From assembly GCA_044892525.1 (NCBI GenBank), contig CM097888.1, positions 14,322,001 through 14,386,000 on the forward strand: DNA of 64,000 nt. Reading direction: 5' to 3'. Every line of letters starts with the position of its first letter. Within the stretch, counting starts at the first letter, position 1. Made by a program: the position numbers and the translations under genes. Source of the stretch: Schmidtea polychroa (lineage: Eukaryota). The notes beneath the pieces are model-generated. The model worked only from the letters and a program-made list of their open reading frames with translations, searched no databases and had not been told where the DNA came from. Below are positions 57,186 to 64,000 of the stretch, piece after piece.

Positions 57186-58974
57186 TAAGAAAAATTTAAA
57201 ATATCGTTAATTTAAGGTTAAACATGAGAATCGATTTAAATATAGTTAAATTAAGAGTAATTGCTAAAATGAGAACAATTTTAAATATCATGGATTTAAA
57301 GTTAAAGCACGAAGACTGATTTAACTATTATTGTTTTTTAATTCAGAAGAATTACGAGAATTAGGGTACGAGAATTTTCATTTTGATGAATTTTCAATCG
57401 AATTCAATTTGTTGCCTTATTATCGTGGCATTTTATTTGTGGATTTATTATCGTTGTTGAGCATGTTTTACTTATCTGATGGATTTCCGCGTCATGTTAT
57501 CTGATAATCCGCCTACTACTCTGCCATTAATACTGTGCTCAGCTGTTATCTCACTTGTATGTAACTTGTATGTAACAGTTCTATCTATTTATATCTATCG
57601 TCAGTTGTCTCACATGTTATTAGATGCTGATTTCTCATGACAAGTTGGCTTGTTCATAGGAATATTCGATGTTTGAAGTTGAATAGATGTATTTGTGCCT
57701 ACCCTACTCACGGGTATTTATATCGACAATATTTGGCCATGCTGATGCCGTTTCTCAGACACGGTTTACTTTTGAGCTGAAGATTTCGAACTATGTACTT
57801 GGATCAACAAAAAATTCTAGTGGTCTACGAAGATCTCATTTCTCTATACTGGAAACTGGTATAACATGGCGACTACTTGGATCAATTTAGTTTAATTTAA
57901 TTTGTTAATTTCTCATGATTTTAGGGCTATTTAAGTTCCTTCAACGACAGTTTTACCGTATTTTCCTCCATTGAAAAATTTTAAAACAGAAATAGAATGT
58001 AAAGGAAATTGTTAGAGTTTGGTTTCTCGATTTCCAGTCCAACATTATAATCAAAAAGATGAAAATTCTAGGAAAATAGCGAATACCATCATGGCGCTAT
58101 TATTCACAGAATCTAAATAGAATATAAAAATTTGGAAAATTGATTTATCACAAAATAAACGAAATCCAGACACTACAGCAGGAGCTACAGAATAATTATT
58201 ATAAAATGTTTGAATTCTTTAAATTTCATTAGCACGCAAAAAAATGCATAATATCAGTGTATACTTGTAGTAGATCGTTCTTAAACTCTTAAATCACATT
58301 ATAGTATTTTTGTTGCTTACTTGATTTTAAACGATGCTCAGCTCAGCTGGCTTTGCGCGTACTGCTTCTCATGGCTTATAGGAAACGTTGACATCAAGTC
58401 ATATGAAATCACTCTCAACGCAAGACATACACTCCAAGGTTATTAAAGAGTCAGATATTTATTAATAAATTAAACAAGGCCACAAGGTCCCAGATATAGT
58501 AGCGAGCTACTATCTGAGTAAATAGGAGCATGAGCATGCGCACACCTCAGAAAACAGTTATCTGTTAGTAGTACCGAAGTTCTTAAAATACAGAAGAACA
58601 AGAGTGGAGGTGAATATTCTATTTTGATGATTTGGATGATCTATTGTTAATAGATAACGCTTCGTCTTGTAATATTCTGATCGAAGATGCAATTGAGCTA
58701 TTTTTTGCTGCCGAATGTAACCACGTTAATCCAGTCAATGGATCAAAAAGCAATGAGCGCATTTTAAAGACAATATGGACATTAAGGAAATTAATCAAAA
58801 TGTTTTAAAATCATCAATAATGAAAACAATATTACAAGAAGTGTTATAAATTAACGAATTTGCTTTTTGTAGTACGCTTCCAAAATGTAAATAATATTTT
58901 ACACTGGGGACAGACTTGTTTTTAAAACCATTCTTCAAACAGATCATTCTCCATCCAGTATTCTTGTATATATC

Positions 58975-59826
58975 ATGCAATTTAACCACTTTCTTCATAT
59001 TGATTTTAGATATCGTGTAGTTCCTCATAAATATTTTCCGTTGAAATATTTTTCGTTATGTAATTATGATAATAAAAGTAGTGTAATAAAATCAAATCAC
59101 ATAGTCATGAAGCAATATACAATATTAAATGAAAATATAAAAAATTGCGATCTCTGCCAGAGCATTCAGTCAAAAGGTGTTGTTATCATTCTGGAAAAAT
59201 GTGGACATTTGTTACATTTTGATTGTCTTGTTATTGATAGATTAGACAAAAAGACAGCCTGTCCAATTTGCAAAACTTCATTCAACACTTTTCAATATTA
59301 TTCGGAATCAAATTCAGTCAAAACATCAGTTGTAATAAAAAACTACTGGAACAGTTTTCGGCTTGGACAAAGTCATTTTCAAGATTCAAAAATCCAAGGA
59401 TACTCGTATTTATTTGGAAATTACGACCTGTTTGTCAATGGTAAACCTTTCATTTTAACAATTACCATAAAGAATACAAATCACTATTGGTTTGCATACG
59501 GATCAACAGTGGATGACATTCGACCCGTCAGTTTAGAATTCGTGCGAAAACAATATTGTAACATAATTCGTAATTTCATTAACGATTTCAGTATTACGCT
59601 GAAACCGAATGTTTCTGAATTTGACATTTTAAAATTTATCGTTGAAATTATTCCCTCTCCGACTGCAGTTGGAATTTTTTATTGCAAAATTCTTGTAAAA
59701 AATGGATTAGCTTCAACAGACTTTCCGGGAATCGACGAATTGAAGTCAATATCAAATTATTTACCAACAAGAAAACAAAAAGTTTTAAGACCAATTTGTT
59801 CTTTATCTACAAAACTCTCCAAATAA
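58975..59826 (+). CDS. RING-H2 protein with an unrecognised C-terminal domain (ATG 59107 is a plausible true start)
   Basis: CDLC...CGHLLHFDC...CPIC is a C3H2C3 pattern. The ORF is open for 283 aa. Confidence 0.65.
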   Translation: MQFNHFLHIDFRYRVVPHKYFPLKYFSLCNYDNKSSVIKSNHIVMKQYTILNENIKNCDLCQSIQSKGVVIILEKCGHLLHFDCLVIDRLDKKTACPICKTSFNTFQYYSESNSVKTSVVIKNYWNSFRLGQSHFQDSKIQGYSYLFGNYDLFVNGKPFILTITIKNTNHYWFAYGSTVDDIRPVSLEFVRKQYCNIIRNFINDFSITLKPNVSEFDILKFIVEIIPSPTAVGIFYCKILVKNGLASTDFPGIDELKSISNYLPTRKQKVLRPICSLSTKLSK

Positions 59827-60231
59827 TATAGGATAAAATGAATAAAGATATAATGAAAATATAATAAAGACAACAACATTATTAATGACTAACATTATTA
59901 ATTCACTAAAATTAACACATTATAAATTTAAGATTAAGTCCTGTATATCTACTGAAGAAATATTTGTCATCAAAAGTTTTATGAAATTTTAAATTTTATC
60001 TTTGTGTAAAACCAAACCAACGCGCACCTTCTTTTAAAAATTGAAAAACAGCATGAATGAATAAAATTAAATATATATTGAAATCTCAACTTGGTATCTT
60101 ATATAAACAAACAAGTCAACATTGGTTAGTATGGTATTAGAATTATAAAGTAATTACTTGATAAAATTTGATTTAGTTTTTTTTGTTGTAATGTGTCATG
60201 AATTGCGAGTCTTGTACTATAGTTATCCAAT

Positions 60232-61007
60232 TGTTGAGTTTTAATTAAATAAATAATAACGTCGGTGTTACTGACTCCACGTATTCTGTAAAACAATTAG
60301 ATAAAAAACATTCAACGTTTATTTGTAACCAAATTTATATGAGCTACAATTTACAAAACTCCGAATATCGCAATACAATCCCTATTCTCACTATTTAATA
60401 AGTCTCACTGTAACCACTCTGGTTCTGAATATTCTGTAACAATAATCACCTCTTTTATTTACTCTTTTGACTTAGCTTGATTCTTTTATTTCCCTTTCAG
60501 CTAGATCTATCTTATATTTTTAATTTTTCCTTTTTTGCCCTACTGTCGATTTCTTCTTCCCTACCAGTGAAAAAATTTCAATAGTTTATGAATTTGAGTT
60601 CCTTTATATAGTTGAAATAATAACCTTGTCTCCTTTTGACAACCTTTGCCTGTCGGTCTTTTTTATCTTTTCTTCTTCGAAAAAAATAAATAATTGTTTC
60701 GCCGCGTGTCTCCCTTTCCATAATCTTTCTCCAGTTTTCCAATTACTAATGTTGTCATGATAATGGTTTTCCAGAATCCACTTTATTTACTTTTCTTTCT
60801 GTTTACTTCCTCGGGTTTCCCTTAATTAATTATCAATTTTCTGTTTTTGTATGTTTTCTTGTATTTTTACCTTTCTGAACATATTCTGATGAATCCGTTC
60901 TCACCATGATCTTTCCCACCATCTCATTCGCATCTGACTCGTTTTTCAAATTTTAATTCGATAATTTTCCATTTAATAATATTCCATTTTTAATTACAAC
61001 CCCAACA
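60232..61007 (-). mobile_element. Solo LTR (776 bp)
   Basis: TGTTGAG...CCCAACA ends with flanks CAAT/AAAT. The minus strand is A-rich and contains TATATAAAG. A related copy lies at 46205-46964. Confidence 0.65.
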
Positions 61008-62633
61008 AAATGCTTTTTCTGAGATCGATAAACTGTGTGCTCTATTTTATTCTTTTTATAGTTATCAACTATGACATTCTTCTTGAGCTAAGATTTTTTT
61101 TGGGCGATTTGACTGAGCATTCCCTCAGCATATATATAAAATTTTCTTGCCTGTGATTTTAAGTGTCAAGGGTTGTTATTTGTCAATAACGCTTGTTATT
61201 TAAAAACAATGTCCAATTTTGAAAGTGCAATTGTATTGGGTTAATAAAAATAATATAAATAATCATAATAATGATGACATTGATTATAGGAAACTTAATA
61301 TTTGTGATAATGTTATCTTGAGTAGGGAACTGGAATGATAGAGATCCTCATACTACGATTTTCGGCACAACAACGAATATTTTAGAGTATTCTGTTTCTT
61401 AGAAGAATCGTTATTGATAACAGTGAAGGACTACTTTGAATGATTAAATCAGAGTAATGACGAATTTCTCCGAAGTTTAGTGTTCTTATTTTAAATTAAC
61501 ATTTACTGTCTGCTCATCATAGTTTCAAGAATTTATAGTAAAATCACTGATTTAGATGAAGTCTACAACTAGTAATCTGAAGAAAATTGTTTTCAATAGT
61601 TAATTAACTTTTCGACTCCATTTGAGGGCAATTTCAGTTACTTAAAGTCATGTACTTTTTCACTTCTTCTACAGGCTTTCTTCTCATTTTATTTTTAGGT
61701 GCAAATTTTAAAACCATAATCGGCTACGAAAGTGAACTGCGCCAAACTCCTTCCTCAGTGGAGTTCTGGTACCGTATACTTCCGAGTAGAATAACCACTC
61801 CTCACACTGCAGAGCATGACGATTCATAGATCCTTCACAGCTTAATTTTGTGAAATGTCATCACCATACTAATATCTACATTAAAAGATGAAATAATTTG
61901 GGACCTGCCTATCAAAAAAAATTAAATGATATCTAATTAAAATATTAATTTTTAGAGAAAGAACGAAAATATTTTGATTTTTTTTAAAATGATATTTTTA
62001 ACATTTACAAATTACACGGATTATTGAAATTAAAACCATGAATAAAAATATAAAAAATGAAATTAAACTTATAAATAGTGCGATTCGATTTTTATTTTCA
62101 ATAGATACAAATGAATATCGAAAATAATTAATAATATTAACTTATATAACTCATGACATAAATATTCATAACCAAGATCCGAAAACGATCAAAATAAGAT
62201 TTGAAATCCACTAATAAACACGAAGTTAAAAAACAGTAATTAGAAACGACCTTACAATATTGAATAGATAATTTCTTGTTCAAAATCTACACAAACAGTA
62301 TAACATTCCAAATACAAAAATGTAAACCTAAACACAAAATTGTGTTTGTTGATATAAATCAATTTCCTCAGTCAACAGTTATCCAGAACTTGAGAACGGA
62401 GATGACGAGCAGTCATTCAAATGTATGTGACATTGCACCCATGACATATATATTCAAAACCAAGATCGGAACACAATCTAAGCAAGAATCGAAATAGACC
62501 AACTTCACAATTTATATCACACATACCCAATCCAATCATTAATAGTTTTTATTTCATTAATTTTTTACATCTCTTCATCAATTCCAAAGTGCTTTTATTG
62601 AGTATTGGAAAAAACAAATTTGAAATATGAAAT

Positions 62634-63449
62634 TGTTGAGAATACCTAAATGACAAAGAGGACGATTTATGGGAAATCAGAGAAGAAAACGGAAGTAAAA
62701 AGAAATGAAAAATGAAAAAGTGAAATCAAAGAAGACAAAATAAACAAAAAATTAAAACAAAGGTCATTCTTAATTAAAAAGTACAAACGAAGGAGGAATT
62801 TCTGATTGAGGAAACAAAAATATGGGGAAACCCGTATTTTGACAGTCTGTCAAAGATAAGGAAGGTCGGCACAACATGAAAATGAAAAAACAGGGCATAT
62901 CTAGACATCTGTCAGGCTGACGTAACGGGGAATACAGAGGAAAATGAAAAACAAAATCTGTCTCTAGTGCCACAAACGAAACAGACTATATAAAGCGGAA
63001 CAGTTGACCGAGAAATCAGAACATAAGTAGAAACAAAATTAGAGACAACGAAAGAAAAAAACGAGAGTTAAAATGAGAATTAAAAAGGAGAATCAAAGGG
63101 AGAATTTAAAGGAAGAATTAAAGGGAGAATTAATAAGAATTCAGAACTGAGTAAAACAAGAACTGACGTGAATTTTTAGAAAAATTAAATATAAAGTGGA
63201 ATAAATAAGTTTGTGGTCAAAGCAACTAGAACAATCGATCAACGTACCCTGTACTTGAGTGGTTGACGACTTGTTGTGGTCACAGAAAGGGCTATATTTC
63301 ACGTAGTGTCGAAATAAGCTCTGTGATAAATTTGTTGTAATTTAAATTTGTACAATCCATTATGTTAAATTGTGAGTTAATAAATACGCTTTAGAGTCAA
63401 AGTAACAGTTTGAATTTACAAACATTGTCACCAAACCAATAACATAACA
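62634..63449 (+). mobile_element. Solo LTR (816 bp), same family as 600-2462
   Basis: TGTTGAG start and ATAACA end with a perfect 4-bp AAAT TSD. Contains CTGACGTA and TATATAAAG. Confidence 0.7.
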
Positions 63450-63618
63450 AAATTTATCATAACAATCACTAAATAATGGCGTTGATTTAAATGTAACGAA
63501 AAACACCAAATCCAATAAAATTTTTACTACATTATATATCGAGAGAATCACTGTCGTTAGGTATAATTGAAATTAAACTAAATCAATCTAAATTGCTCTT
63601 TTTTAAACAAGCTAATTA

Positions 63619-63777
63619 CCGTATATTTCGGCGTATAAGACGACCTTTAAAGTCAAAAAATCACCCTTGAAAATTGTGGATCGTCTTATACAACCGATAT
63701 ATGATAAATCATAAAAATTTGCTCTAATTTTGTACCTCGTCTTATCTGACGGTCGCCTTATACGCCAAAATATACGG
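63619..63777. mobile_element. pogo/Tc2-type MITE (159 bp)
   Basis: TA|CCGTATATTTCGGCGTATAAGACGACC ... GGTCGCCTTATACGCCAAAATATACGG|TA gives a 27-bp TIR with 2 mismatches. Confidence 0.88.
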
Positions 63778-64000
63778 TAAATAATTCATTAATTTTTTAA
63801 AATATAATTTCGTTAAAATGTCTGTTTTTTCAATTCAAACATTAAAAATTATAAAAGTTATAATATTAATTAAAAAACATTAATATTAGAATTCCTTAAT
63901 TAATCAAATGTACATTTTACAAAATAATATATTTACAAAATTAAGTATACAATAACAATATATTTTTAATAAACATAGTGATATCAATACATACAAAATT

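Larger units (their letters stand above)
54487..58044 (-). mobile_element. Old solo LTR of a sister family of the giant element, with a nested MITE
   Basis: TGTTGG at 54487 and CCAACA ending 58044, with flanks ATAT/TTAT. GCAGGTGAGCCCTGCCTTAGGACTACT (~54670) is the reverse complement of the main-LTR motif near 12630-12660, at a similar distance from the end. Confidence 0.65.

Overview
AT-rich eukaryotic genomic DNA with short introns and nested transposon debris; a planarian-like host is inferred, not proven. The window is dominated by one young, nearly intact 30.3-kb Ty3/Gypsy (Metaviridae) LTR retroelement at 8735-39041. It has ~4.1-kb near-identical TGTTGGG...CCCAACA LTRs and a tRNA-Pro-like PBS. 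A single uninterrupted 4615-aa polyprotein reads Gag (CA, 3 CCHC) - three ubiquitin-like folds - AT-hook - Bcl-2-like domain - signal helix - Cys-rich chuvirus-type fusion glycoprotein with TM - protease - RT - RNase H - integrase - ankyrin repeats - a second signal/TM module. Accessory ORFs include an LTR-encoded basic protein, an IAP-type RING protein, a TRAF homolog split by one in-frame TAG, three coiled-coil proteins and a membrane protein with a PxQxS tail. The accessory spacers carry repeated TGTAHATA motifs and YAG acceptors just before the ATGs. Together this resembles an enveloped, complex-retrovirus-like element carrying cell-death/NF-kB modulators. Similar-sized giant elements (Burro) are known from the planarian Schmidtea mediterranea, so family novelty must be checked. 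The flanks hold a LUC7L3-like gene, a 1437-aa low-complexity ORF, a RING-H2 ORF, a pogo transposase pseudogene, several solo LTRs (one with a decayed homolog of the LTR ORF), and piggyBac, hAT and Tc1-type MITEs. No rRNA, tRNA gene or CRISPR array was seen. Domain calls come from motif recognition by eye.
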